Notes: generated by a model from the letters alone, not told the origin. Positions 12,555 through 25,329 are shown, counted from the whole stretch's first letter. The stretch is DNA of 63,818 nt, filler included, from Octopus bimaculoides (GCF_001194135.2; 7 parts of 6 records of this genome joined end to end with filler, not necessarily neighbours in it); one strand, 5' to 3'. Program-made: numbers and translations.

Positions 12555-12955
12555 GATATTGGACTGTGGCCGTGTGATGCACTGCCTTGAAGGGTTTAGA
12601 CGAATAGAACGACCCCAGCATTTGATTTCTAAGCTTGGTATTTATTCTGCCATCATCTTATGCCGAACCCCTAAATTTTGAGGCACGTAAACAAGCCAAA
12701 ACTTGTTATCACGCAATGATGAGAGATAGTCACATACACAAAGACATGCACACACATAAATACTCACACACATACATATGCGATGGGCTTCTTTCAATTT
12801 CTGTTTGCCGAATCCCTTCAAATGACTTTGGTCGTATCGGGACTATATCAGAAAACACTTGCCCAAGGTACGACGAAGCAGGTCTGAACCCAGAACCATG
12901 TGGTTATGGAGCAAACTACTTACCACGCAATCACATTTCTGCGACTGCATCTTGA
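12555..12955 (-). mobile_element. SINE family A, near full length, inserted in the Helitron
   Basis: Tail (TTTCAG..GACTGTGGCCG), internal (CA) tract and head (GAACCATGTGGTT..CTACTTACCAC) in antisense. Confidence 0.8.
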
Positions 12956-12959
12956 TAGT

Positions 12960-13120
12960 AGCATGACTGGTTGACTGGTTCCTTCTTTTTACCGCAAGAC
13001 TTGATGGAATTGATTCAACACCATGAATTCTTAGCAGCTGATTGCTTAATAGGTTCTTTGTCCTGATCCTGAGTCGAGATACCACAGTATCTAAAAGTGT
13101 CTTGATTCTTGCACACACGC
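12960..13120 (-). mobile_element. Possible continuation of the Helitron ORF upstream of Rep
   Basis: Weak similarity of ESIPSSLAVKRRN to the ILPSSFxGSPR region; position and strand are consistent. Confidence 0.3.
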
Positions 13121-13132
13121 ACGCACGCACGT

Positions 13133-13209
<77 letters not shown>

Positions 13210-13665
13210 TTAATTAACAGATTTAAAATTATTGAACTTTGCCTTTTTGTTTGCAATGTCGGATTACATCAAAATTTTCTGCAATGTTCTTCTGCAGACA
13301 AATTACGAAACCCACATTCATTTTGGATATAAATATTATAAAGCTTTCACTATCGACATGCCAGCATTCGCAATGCCTGTGTGTTGACAATAAGAAAATG
13401 AAAACGCAACGAAAACCTGAAGAAGATTTGGGGATAAATATTAAAGATTTAATCAGAGAAAATTAAAACATTACGGAAACCTACAAAACTTCATTCAGTA
13501 TAAAATAATTTAACGGGGGAAAATAAAAATGTTATACAACTTTTAGATATGAAAAATGTAATGTTAAGTTCAGAAATGAGAATAGAAAAAACTGCGATGA
13601 AACAGTGCGATGCTCTTAAACAGTTTGTGTATGAGAACACAATTCTCGGTCCACGCGGCCACATG

Positions 13666-13792
13666 AAGATAGGTGATCTTCGAAGAGTTGCTGAAATTGA
13701 TGAACCAATGATAGCTCTCTTACTTGACTATACTTTTGTTTTGAGCAAATTGGTTCATCAATTTCAGCAACTCTTCGAAGATCATCTATCTT
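13666..13792. repeat. Near-perfect 44-bp inverted repeat with a 39-nt loop
   Basis: 13666-13709 versus 13749-13792: 43/44 complementary; the single mismatch is a G-U pair in plus-strand RNA. Confidence 0.95.
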
Positions 13793-13860
13793 GTTAGGAC
13801 GTAGGTTCTTCGCAATTATCTTCTGCACGCAGTTGTTTATAATCAGCTCCACCCCAAAAC
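13710..13860 (-). mobile_element. Merlin/ISXO2 (IS1595-like) transposase fragment
   Basis: NCVQKIIAKNLRPNKIDDLRRVAEIDEPICSKQKYSQVR resembles KIGGPGKxVEIDESxFxKRKYNRGR, the first catalytic Asp region. Confidence 0.55.
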
Positions 13861-15789
13861 AGAAAAATAGTCAGTTCCTTTTCCCAGGAATACATTGAAG
13901 GGAGACATGTAACTCTGAAAGAACTGGTTAGGCAGGAAACAGACAAGTGCCACTTACGACATGTTGGAATAAGAGGCTACCCATTAGTTAAATGAGCATA
14001 AATTTCAAATTTCTTCCTATTATGTGATATAAAATGAATGCGAGTATCGTAATCAGCACGCTAAATTACATCAGTAAACAGTAAGACAAATCAGACACTA
14101 CGACCAAAGTGCCAGAATATTGGGTTGACATGGAAATTCACTACGGGTTAATTAATATGTGAAAAAGTAGAACTTTTATAGAGGTGAAATATACAAGATT
14201 CTCCTATCAGAATAAAACTCCTCTACGAACATATGTCAAGAAGATATTAGCAACTAACTGGAGGATTTTTTGTCGTTTTAAATGCTCTTTAGTTTCATTT
14301 TTTTCTTCATTCTGTATATTTACCAATAACTGTATGTAGACAGATGCATATATGGACTTTGGAATACTTCTAAAACGAATGTTTTTATTAGCTTAAAGAT
14401 CAATTATGTATTAACGTAGTGACGCAGCACGTATAAATCTATACGCTCAAGCATTTAACTTACGAAAGACAAAACAAAAATAAAAACAAAATTCTACTCA
14501 CTGATATTATCATACAGACTTTATTGAAATATTGTTGTGTTCGCCTCTGATCTTTATATTAAGAAGTATCAGTTAACTGACAGACCAAATTTGATGTAGA
14601 AGTAATAGCTCCTTTAAATATACTTAATTATATGCAACCACACAAAAAGCATGCACAGACATTAACATAGCTATGACACTTAACATCTTCACACAGTGCA
14701 AAGAAAGATCATCTAAATGGTCGCATACGCTGTATTTTTATTTCTAAACAGTTTTCGAATTCGATATTTTGAAAATTGGATATTCTGTTTACACAGAAAA
14801 AGTAATTTTCCATCCCTCTCTTTAACTAACAGCCCATTTAACATTTTAACGTTTCTACCGGTTATATGAAGCGGTTAAAAACTACCTGTGTTGACGTTAA
14901 CACGTATTTTGCTCATAGTGATTGCTATTCGAACTCTTTAAGCTGCGAATGGTAAAGAGGGGACCATAACAATTTGAATAAACTACCTGTGTAAAACCCT
15001 CGCTCTCTTCTCCTTTCGATGTGTATGTAACTATATATCTCTATCCCTTACATAACCTTCATGATCGCTTACTCTAATTCTCTTACCTCTATGTACCTCT
15101 TACTTCATGTGTGCCTCTCATTCCCTATTACAGTTTCTCTCTCATTTTTTCCTGTCGTGTTCTGTTACATAGTCTGTGAGTGTATGTATATATACATATA
15201 TATGATGGACCCTAATGAGGCTGCACCGACAATATTGCAAGGCTGCACATGAAAATGTTATACAGCTTCTAGATATCAAGTGAGTAGTCGCTACAGCGAA
15301 AGCACTTGTAGGTCATTATGATATGCTGTATATAACTATAAAATAAACTTTGAGCATAAAAATATCCATACTCTTTATTATCATTCATATCAATATATAC
15401 TTCAGATAATTTTTACTGTCCATCGAAGAGTACACGGAATTACCCATCCGAAGCATCCACGGAGTTACTAACAGCTTATCGTAGTCACTGAGTTTAGATG
15501 ATCGTTGTTGTTTATCCGTTAAGCGGAACTTAAGTGAGAGTTAATACGGTATCTACTCGAATGATATATACCACCAAAGTCATTATCTATCTATCTATCT
15601 ATCTATGGGTGTATATGTCAGCTATGTATATCATCAGGTGCGAGTGTAGTGTATGTGCCTGAGCTCGAATATGCGTGTATTAAAGCTTGTTGTATGCGTG
15701 TGTGTGCGTACGTGTCTAACATGCATGTATGAGTGTGTGTGAATATGGATGATTGGTAAACGAAAGCTTATACATTCGTGTAGTAACGT

Positions 15790-16794
15790 CTATGTATGAA
15801 ATGCGGCGAGCATATTCTTAGTGCAATTTTTCAACAGTACAATCGGATTTTAACAGTTTGTTTTTTCAAAGCTCTAATGGAAGTGACAAAGGAGCATATA
15901 CGGCATATTTTGCTTTATGAGTTCAATAAAAGCAACAATGTAACGAAAGTGCGAGGAATATTAATGCAGTATATGGGGATCGGACAGTAAGCATAAGCCA
16001 GTGTCAACAGTGGTTCCAGAAATTCCTTGTCGGAAACTACAGCCTAGAAGATGAGCCTCATCCAGGAAGATTTGTAGAGCTAGACAAGGACATCCTGCAA
16101 ATCCTGGTGCAACAAAATGCCATCGTAACTGTTGAGGAACTAGCAGGGAAACCTGGATTTGGTCATTCAACCATTCATCAACACATGCCGAAGATAGTGA
16201 GTAGGGAAAGGAGAAACACCGGTACCCCAGGCTAAAGCAGGTTTTCACCCACGTACGTTGTTATCAGTTTGGTGGGATATGAAAGATTTAATCCACTTCG
16301 AACTTTTAAACTCAAGCCAAACGATAACAAAGGAGTTCTACTGCGAGTAGATTGAGCGGTGTAAGTCAACGCTAGAAGGTAAACGACCATCTTGATTTCA
16401 AGACAGAAAATGTTCTTCCATTAGGATAATGCTCGGTCACATACAAGGATGACATTCCAAAAGCCGGAGGAATTTGAATAGGAAACGATGCCTCACACAC
16501 CATATTCGCTTGATATTTTCCCATCTGATTATCATTTATTCCACAGTCTTCAAAATCATTTGAACGGAAAAAATATGGATTCAGTAGACGTGGTCAGAAC
16601 AATACTGGAGGAGTATTTTTCGTCACGGACAAGTGAGTTTTGTAAGAGGGACCTTGCAAGTCTACCAGATAGATGGAAGAGCATTGTAGAAAATGGAAAA
16701 GAGTATATTTTTGATTAAAAAAGAACTTTGTTTATCTTAATTTTGAAAAGCAAAAGAAGTATAAAAAGACTGCATTATGTATGGGATTACCCAA
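15790..16794 (+). mobile_element. Mariner transposon, internally deleted, with stops (copy M1)
   Basis: MEVTKEHIRHILLYEFNK..., EDEPHPGR, LSVWWD, H*DNARSH, PHTPYSLDIFPSDYHLFHSLQNHL...RWKSIVENGKEYIFD*; 3' TIR ..ATGGGATTACCCAA followed by TA. The WVPxxL to first-Asp region is deleted and the 5' TIR is degraded. Confidence 0.93.
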
Positions 16795-17059
16795 TATGTA
16801 TATATAGTTTTGTGGATTTTAATTTTGTAGAAACTTGATACAAAGCTGAGATAACATGCATTTAGATAGATAGATGTGTGCAGGTTTGTGTTTGCGCGTT
16901 TGTGTGTGCATGTGTGTTTGTGTGAAAGTGTATAAAATCTTGACATACATCATAGTTATATGTTTGATTTATATAGCTCTGTATTGAATACTCTACTTTG
17001 TATAAGACATATACAACAGACCAATATTACGTAATTCTCTTTCAATATTATAAAGCTCT

Positions 17060-17278
17060 AAGGCGGCACACTGGCAGAATAGTTAGCACACCGGACACAT
17101 TGGCGGCATTTCGTTTATCTTTGTCCTCTGGGTTCAAATACCGCTGGGGTCGATTTTGTCTTTCATCCTTTCGAGGTTGATAAAATAAATACTAGTTGAG
17201 CACCAGGGTTGATGCAATCGTCTTAGGCCCTTCCCCTAAAAAAAATCTGGCCTTGTGCTAAAATTTCTAACCAATATT
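17060..17278 (+). mobile_element. SINE family B copy
   Basis: AAGGCGGCACACTGGCAGAATAGTTAGCAC...TTTCATCCTTTCGAGGTTGATAAAA... Confidence 0.85.
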
Positions 17279-17420
17279 ATAAAACTCTGTAGTTACACTC
17301 TCAAGTAATCTGCAAACTCTTATGAATGAGTAGAATGTTGCTTCACATAAATATAATCTTCCATTGGGTTACCTGTAGATATAATGAACAAAATTCTTTT
17401 AAAGAAAGGGATTTCTTTAA

Positions 17421-17447
17421 GAGTTTTCCCCTTCCTATAGGTAAGTG
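17421..17447 (+). promoter_or_regulatory. Candidate recursive splice site (juxtaposed 3' and 5' splice sites)
   Basis: GAGTTTTCCCCTTCCTATAG|GTAAGTG: 13 consecutive pyrimidines, then A, then TAG, directly followed by consensus GTAAGT (junction 17440/17441). Confidence 0.4.
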
Positions 17448-18300
17448 TGTCCAATCGTATCTATAGAGAAAGTCATGAGAGATTTTGAAAACTCTCGATC
17501 ACATGAAATATTACCATTGTTCTAAGACTATCGTTGGTATAATTATAGTGAAATGAATACAAGTCAGAATTGAAATTGGCATGCTGGCTTTCTTTAGTGG
17601 AAAATGCACAAAATTTGTCATAACAAGCAAAAGCCCTACAAATGTTTATCAAATTTTCAAAATTAATAAATAATTCATAAAACCATAAATAATGAGTTAT
17701 TAATTCATTCAGCTCTCTTATCTTATTCGTATTTGAGTGATGTAATGAGGTATTTGATCGTCATCGTCATTAAAGTCATTTAAATTAAGAACAGATTATG
17801 AAGAAAAGATACAAGAACCAATTAGAAGGTTTAAGTTTTCAATGAGCAACTTTTTAATTATTCGTAAATTTAGTGTAGGAGTAGATTCATCGGTATAGAA
17901 AGATACAAGGGAGTTTTAGAAGTATTGTTAGTGATGCTCAACGATCTTTTTAAATGGCGGCATGGAATTATAAAACTGAATTCTTAATTTCATAATAGAA
18001 ACTTTAACCTATACTCTAAGTCGATATTACATGCAGAAAATTGATATGTAGAATAATTCAGTTTTAGATTCTGCGTCAATAAAACGGAAAGGCGGTAACT
18101 CATGAAAATTGTATCATTTTTCTTTTACTAACTAGCACAGATCGATCGAATTTCAGCATTCGTATACCTTCCTGAAATAAGGGAGGAGATATATGAGTTC
18201 TTTGTTGCCTATTATTGCTCTTGAGGTTTATAGATATAAATATGTGCACGCACGCGTGTGTGTGTTCGCTCGTACGTGCGTGTGTACATGTTTGTATGTA

Positions 18301-18921
18301 TTGAGTAACCCCATGAATAATGCGATCTTTTTATACTTCTTTTGTTTTTCAAAATTAAGATAGCTCTTTTTTACTATAAAATGTATTCCCTTCATTTTCT
18401 ACAATGCTCATCCATCTATCTAGTAGCCTTGCAAGGTCCCTTTTCTAAAACTCACTTGTCCGTGACGAAAAATACTCCTTTAGTACTGTTCTGACCTTGT
18501 CAGCTGAATCCATATTTTTCCGTCCAAATGATTTTGAAGACGGCGGAATAAATGATAATCAGATAGGGAAATGTCCGGCTAATATGGTGGATGGAGTATC
18601 ATTTCCTATTCAAACTTCTCGGCCTTTGGAATGTCGTCCTCGTTTTATGTGACCAAGTATTATCCTAATGGAAGAGCATCTTCTATCTTGAAACCAAACA
18701 TGGTCGTTTTCCTTCGAGCGCTGCCTTACGCCGTTCAAAGTACTCGCAATAGATCTCCTTTGTTATCGTTTGGTTTGAGTTAAAAAGTTCAAAGTGGACT
18801 AAATCTGTCATATCCCACCAAACTGATAACAACACCCTACATATGTGAAGACCTGCTTTAGCCTGGGGTGCCGGTGTTTCTTCTTTCCCTACCCACTATC
18901 TTCGGCGCTTAACATTTTTAT
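18301..18921 (-). mobile_element. Mariner transposon, 3' two-thirds (copy M2), inverted relative to M1
   Basis: TA plus TIR TTGAGTAACCCCATGAATAATGCG at 18299 matches the reverse complement of the M1 3' end; minus strand reads KNVKRRR*WVGKEETPAPQAKAGLH...H*DN...PSDYHLF; 5' end abuts a SINE. Confidence 0.92.
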
Positions 18922-19088
18922 ACGGCGCGCTTCTTTCAGTTTCCGTCTACCAAATCCACTCACAAGGCTTTGGTCGGCCCGAGGCTATAGTAGAAGACAC
19001 TTGCCCAAGGTGCCACGCAGTGGGACTGAACCCGGATCCATGTGGTTGGTAAGCAAGTTACTTACCGCACAGCCACTCCTGCGCCTAT
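18922..19088 (-). mobile_element. SINE family A 5' part
   Basis: CTTCTTTCAGTTTCCGTCTACCAAATCCACTCACAAGGC...CAGCCACTCCTGCGCCT. Confidence 0.9.
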
Positions 19089-19789
19089 ATATATTTGCAT
19101 AAATATATTGCATGTACATACACACACACACACACATGTATGCATATGTATGTGTGTGTTGTGTATGCATGTATATCTATATGTGTATGTGTGCTTGTGT
19201 GTATTAATGTGAGTTCATAAACAAATGTTGACATTTGAAATTGCAAATAATCTTTATTTCATTTATCTGTTGCCTCTACAAAGTATTTATTTGAAGTTTA
19301 AATATGATTTAAATACAATTACCTTATTTGGTTGTAGTTCAAAAATATATATCTCGAATAAAACAGCGTAAAGAGATATTTATTTAAATTCTTAGTTACG
19401 AAAGACTTTTCATGATTAGCATGAATTATTTTATCACAGCTTCCTTAATACAGTTAAAATTGCTAACGTCTTTATATCCGTGGGTATTTAAAGTATTGCG
19501 AACTAGAGGTAAGAAGCGTTTAGTAAACCACTACTAAGTAAGTTGGAAATAATGGATTGAAAACGTACAAAATAAACAAGAAATATGAAATAAAAATTAT
19601 ATTTTTAAATGATGTTTCGATATTTTGACAGTAAAAAGCCTTTGAACAAGAATAGAGGTGATTAAGCTTCGTTCTGATATGTCAAGTAAATGCAAAGACG
19701 AATGGAGTCATTTTATCCAATTATAATGCGTTTTAACTACGGTGTTATTTTTTATCTTTAATAACATTTTTTAGTTAATGAATTGCAAT

Positions 19790-20199
19790 CATACTGGAGA
19801 CACCGTCTAGAAGAGTATTAGCCAAACATTACTTGCTTTTTCTTAAAATCTGGTATTTATTCTATCGATCTATTTTGCCGAACCGTTACGTTAGGAAGAC
19901 GTAAACTAACACCGGTTGTCAAACAGTTGTAAGGAGACGAACACAGACAGAAAGACATATACACATTCAAATCAAACGTAAATTATACCCTCGATATCTA
20001 TGTATGTANNNNNNNNNNNNNNNNNNNNNNNNNNNNNNNNNNNNNNNNNNNNNNNNNNNNNNNNNNNNNNNNNNNNNNNNNNNNNNNNNNNNNNNNNNNN
20101 NNNNNNNNNNNNNNNNNNNNNNNNNNNNNNNNNNNNNNNNNNNNNNNNNNNNNNNNNNNNNNNNNNNNNNNNNNNNNNNNNNNNNNNNNNNNNNNNNNN

Positions 20200-20240
<41 letters not shown>

Positions 20241-20460
20241 AAATGTATGCATGTACATGTATGTATATATGTATGTATGCATGTATGTATGTATGCATGT
20301 ATGTATGTGTGTATGTATGTATGTATATATGTATGTATGTATGCATCAGATGGGCTCCCCCCAAGAAATTGCTCTCTATCAAATTCTCTCACAAGGTACC
20401 GTTCATCCCAAGGCTATAGCAAATGACAATTGTCCAAGGTGATGCTCAGAAGGTTTGTTA
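19790..20460 (-). mobile_element. Degenerate SINE family A spanning a gap and microsatellites
   Basis: Tail part at 19790-19970 (TTTTGCCGAACCGTTACG..ACACCGGTTGTCAA) and head part at 20345-20460 (CTCACAAGG..GGCTATAGC..TTGTCCAAGGTG). Confidence 0.6.
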
Positions 20461-21639
20461 TGGGATCGTTATTTACTGTTATGAATGTTAAATGATTTAT
20501 GAAGAAATATGGTCTGGCGTTTACTTAATTCTGACTTAAGAAAAAATATTTTAGTAACATGGAAGAAGAGGTGTCTGCATTTGCGTAACTGTAGATGATA
20601 CATGGAAACAGCTATAACAACGTTGGATATGCGAAAGTTAGAAAACGATATTCAATAACTGTAGTAGTGTTTATTTTACTTGAATCTACTGATACATCTC
20701 ATAACTGCTCTCTTGTGTGCGTTCAACAATACGAACATTAATACAGGAGAGAAACTGCAAGTAGTGTGGGTAAGAATCACCAAATTCGAAAGAAATAACA
20801 CGTTTATATTAAATCAACGTTCCTGTGTGTGTGTGCGTGTGTGTGTGTGAGTGTGTGTGTGCGTGTGTGTGTGTGTGTGTGAGTGTGTGTCTATGCACCT
20901 GCTTGTTTGAGTGCCTGTGTGTCGGTGTATGTATTTAAATATATATAAAGATATTTAATAATCATCCCAATAACCTTACTGCCCAAACGCACACAGTAAA
21001 TAAACTAGTTTTACCAGTCATTGCCATCTCATCAGGTTTACTATATTCGGTCTACAAATAGAGAGTGGGAAAGAGGGAGGAAGAGACAGTATCATACAAG
21101 TACTTATTACTTATGAAGGATGCGGTAAACAACAGGTGCTGCTATCGTTCATTTTCATAAAAAATATATTATGTAATCAATACATACATTGTTGACTTAT
21201 TTAATATAACCATTTATAAACTGTTTGATTGTATTAAATTGACTCTTAATTATTATAGAAACAATGTTAATACAGACCTTACGTACCAATATATAATCTA
21301 ATTCATATGTTGTAGGTAATAATTAAAAAGATCTCTGGCGGCGTAGACTATTGAGATTAGTGGCTGAGTTATTTCGTTTCTTGTGTATGTTAAGAGAAAA
21401 ATAAACCTTAACTATGCATTTCATATCACTACTGTTGTTGATACAGAAGTGCGTAGAGAAAGAGAGAGAACGAGGAGAGGAATGAAAGGAAGAAGGCTAA
21501 GGAAGGAGAAATTGGGTAATATTGATAGTGATTATGACGACGACGACGACGGTGATGATGTAGTTATTTACTGTATCACTGTAACGACGAGACTATGGGA
21601 TATAGTTATACACCGCTGTAACGATGCGCTTCCTTGCAG

Positions 21640-21810
21640 TGTGGCAGCCTTGAAATTATACCAAACTTACTGACTAAGCGCCAAACCAACAATGGAATGG
21701 ACTGAAGCAACGTGAAATGAAATGTTTTGCTTAAGACCACAAGGCAACACAAGTCTAGGAATCGAAACCATCGTCGCAAGATTGTGAGAGCAACCATACC
21801 ATCATTCTCT
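21640..21810 (-). mobile_element. Degenerate tRNA-derived SINE (another family)
   Basis: AATGGACTGAAGCAACGTGAAATGAAATGTTTTGCTTAAGACCACAA...GGAATCGAAACC; B-box-like sequence in antisense. Confidence 0.55.
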
Positions 21811-22511
21811 CAAGTATTTTTCGTCTAATATAGCTTTCTTGTTTTCAAGAGAGTAGGGTGTAATTTTAAGATCACTGGGTCGCTATTTCTAACAAATGGT
21901 GACCATATAAACGCTCCTCACTTCTAATAGTTGTTGTTTATCTCTAGGTCGTCCTCAATTGACGAAACCTATAGTCAAAGGCATTCCGTCTATCACCTAT
22001 GTGTTAGAAAACGGAAGAGTGCGTTTCCATTATGACACTTTCGAAGACGATAGAGTGTAGGTTGAAAGAATTCGCGTTGTTACTTCAAGCAGATTCAATG
22101 AGGCTCGTACATTGTAATGTCGTTGTAGTTGTAATTACTTTAGGAAAATAACACGTATTTAATGAGTTGTAATAGAAAGAAACCCTCTGAGCAGTGGTCA
22201 GAGAATATTTCTTTGTAACAATCTTCAGCCGTCGCTTGGCTGAACACCTTTAATTGACCCTCTGGCGTCCCTATCATAGTTCACTGTTACAAGCTTAGGG
22301 TCAGGTCTCATATGAAGTTAACCCATATGCTAGTTCTTTCTCTTCCCCCAACCTCAACTAAAAGGCTCTACAATAAATATTTGGGTGCTGCTCATACTCC
22401 TAAATAATTATACATGAAACGATTCTATTGGTCAGGTTTGTTAAATAATGCATCCAAAGAGAATATTTACAAATTTTTTATTTAGACTACATTCGATAGA
22501 TCCTACAGCCA

Positions 22512-23271
22512 TCGAAAGAGTACACCTTCCTGACAATAATGTCCTGACAATAATGTCCTGTCATTCTCCTACCAGTTTTAATAAACTTATTTCTACATAT
22601 GTATTGGTCGTGGAATGAATTCGAACGATTAATGTTTACGTGTAGATTAGTAGGTTAATATATTTAATTTTTGATACTCTGCTTAGGAAGTATTATTTCC
22701 TTCTTGGTGGGAAATTATTACTATTCCCGTGAAACTTTGCTCTTGTGACCTAGATATCAATATGTCGACACTGACCTATTTTCCATTACATTTCAGAAGC
22801 AACATATCGTTATAGCAAATATTCACAGATTTGCTCGTCAGTTGCTTGACTTTAAGCATTTGAACATGTCTCTTAGTAGCTGACAGTATATGCGTCTCTG
22901 ATCATGAGTTGGAGTAGTGGGGAAGAATCATATCCATATGATGAGACGGATTTTTGTCGGGTCTGAACAAGTGTAGCAACAGCAAAGTATGAAAGAAATA
23001 TTAACCATTTTACATACTCTCTAGGAGAAAGCAAACAAGAAATAACAGTAGCTACCAAAGGACAAAAGTCGTATTACATAGTATGATAGTAGTAATGGAT
23101 ATTCCTTCATTTTCTGATCTTATATTCGAGACACTAGCAAACTTTATACGGCCATTGTTTTAACACCCATACATGATTCTTGAATGCATTCATCATTGAT
23201 GCCAGCATTCGAAAGAGTACACCTTCCTGACAATAATGTCCTGTCATTCTCCTACCAGTTTTAATAAACTT
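22512..23271 (+). repeat. 63-bp direct repeat pair (22512-22588, 23209-23271) bracketing ~620 bp
   Basis: TCGAAAGAGTACACCTTCCTGACAATAATGTCCTGTCATTCTCCTACCAGTTTTAATAAACTT present twice; the left copy has an extra 14-bp internal duplication (CCTGACAATAATGT). Confidence 0.92.
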
Positions 23272-24024
23272 TGAACTAGCTAAAGAAGCTGCCCATTCCT
23301 TCTCATACTGCTATTATATCATCTAAGAAAAATGAAAATAAAGTACAGAACGTTGAAATATTATTTGAATATTATGAAGATAAAGAAGGAAAACATAATG
23401 GTTGTGCATTTGTTAGTAAGTATATATCTCTATCCACATCTCTATCTATAACTATATCTATATATACACACACACAACATACATACATATATATACTTAT
23501 GTGCATGTGTGAAGTGGATAGATGTTGCGCGCATGAAGTGGATAAAGATAATCACTGCGATGATAGCAATACAGAAGTCCCAATAGAACATATATGCATG
23601 CAGAGGCGCACGTAGACAAGAGCCTACAGATACACACTAACATCAGGACTAAGAATATTTTCCTTTCAATAGAAAATACAATGTTGCTCAACAGGTGATT
23701 AGAATGAGCAAAGTGTATTATGAAAGTTGTGACTATGGATACGATGATGGTGGCAGAGGCGACATACAACGGATAGAGATGGAGAACTATGCAAAAAATT
23801 GTGTTAATTGTGCCTGGATTATTACTGAATAGCAAGTTGGAAAAATACTATTAAAAATGGTTGTATTGAAACTGTAATTCTACTGACAGGGGATCTAATT
23901 AGCTGACACGAGCACGCGCGTGAGAATATGCTTAAATTTGTGTATGCCTGTATGTGTGTGTGTGTGCAAATGCATATATATTCATGCATACTTAATATGT
24001 ACATACACCCACACGCACACACAA

Positions 24025-24055
<31 letters not shown>

Positions 24056-24811
24056 GATACAGATTTATTTAATTACTTACAATTATGTATTTATGCTAGC
24101 ATGGCGCACGAGCATAAAACTATGTGCACACATGCACACACACACACATACACTCACAGGCACGCATTTATATATATACATATATATATACACACATATA
24201 TATACATACCTATATATATGTAAATATGTATATATATGTATGTTTATGTATGTATCTATATATAAACACATAATTATGTAAAGGTGTGTATGTCTGTATA
24301 TATNNNNNNNNNNNNNNNNNNNNNNNNNNNNNNNNNNNNNNNNNNNNNNNNNNNNNNNNNNNNNNNNNNNNNNNNNNNNNNNNNNNNNNNNNNNNNNNNN
24401 NNNNNNNNNNNNNNNNNNNNNNNNNNNNNNNNNNNNNNNNNNNNNNNNNNNNNNNNNNNNNNNNNNNNNNNNNNNNNNNNNNNNNNNNNNNNNNNNNNNN
24501 NNNNNNNNNNNNNNNNNNNNNNNNNNNNNNNNNNNNNNNNNNNNNNNNNNNNNNNNNNNNNNNNNNNNNNNNNNNNNNNNNNNNNNNNNNNNNNNNNNNN
24601 NNNNNNNNNNNNNNNNNNNNTATATGAAATATGAAAAAAGTATACTAAATCTGTACAAAAATTTATGGATAAATATTTTCATCTACTCAAACTCTTACAA
24701 TGTCAAGAAAATTATTGTCGTTCCCGCCTGTAAAATGATACTTGAAAATTCGAAACATTGTGTCGTATTATGGCTAGAGTCTTAAATTTGGGATAAAGTA
24801 AAAGGAAATGA

Positions 24812-25112
24812 GTGGAGATGCAATGGCCCAGTGGTTAGGGCAGCAGACTCGCGGTCGGAGGATCGTTGTTTCGATTCCCAGACCGGGCGTTGTGTGTGTT
24901 TATTGAGCGAAAACACCTAAAGCTTCACGAGGCTCCGACAGGGGGCGACCCCTGTTGTACCCTTTCGTTCCAACGTTCTCTCACTCTTTCTTCCTGTTTC
25001 TTGAGTAAAGCTGCAATGGACTGGCGTCCCGTCCAGCTGGGTGGGGGAAACACAAACGGCATGGAAACCGGGAAACGGGGCCCATGAGCCTGGCTAGGCT
25101 TTAAAAGAGAAA
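24812..25112 (+). mobile_element. tRNA-derived SINE family C (internally deleted)
   Basis: GGAGATGCAATGGCCCAGTGGTTAGGGCAGCAGACTCGCGG (A box TGGCCCAGTGG) and GTTTCGATTCCC (B box); homologous to 31326-31705. Confidence 0.88.
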
Positions 25113-25329
25113 AAGAAAGAAGGGAAATGAATGCCGAATTGTGCGTAGAACGTCGGATAGAACTTGTGCGATATCTATTTCTTTTCTCTAGTTCCAATCC
25201 TGCTGAGATAAACTTTGCCTTTCATCGTTTTATGTTCTATAAATAGATTACCAGCACAAAGCTAAAACAACAATCTTTCGCTTCAGTCATTTCACACTGC
25301 ATTTTCTGTTGAGACAAAGTGTAAGTGCT

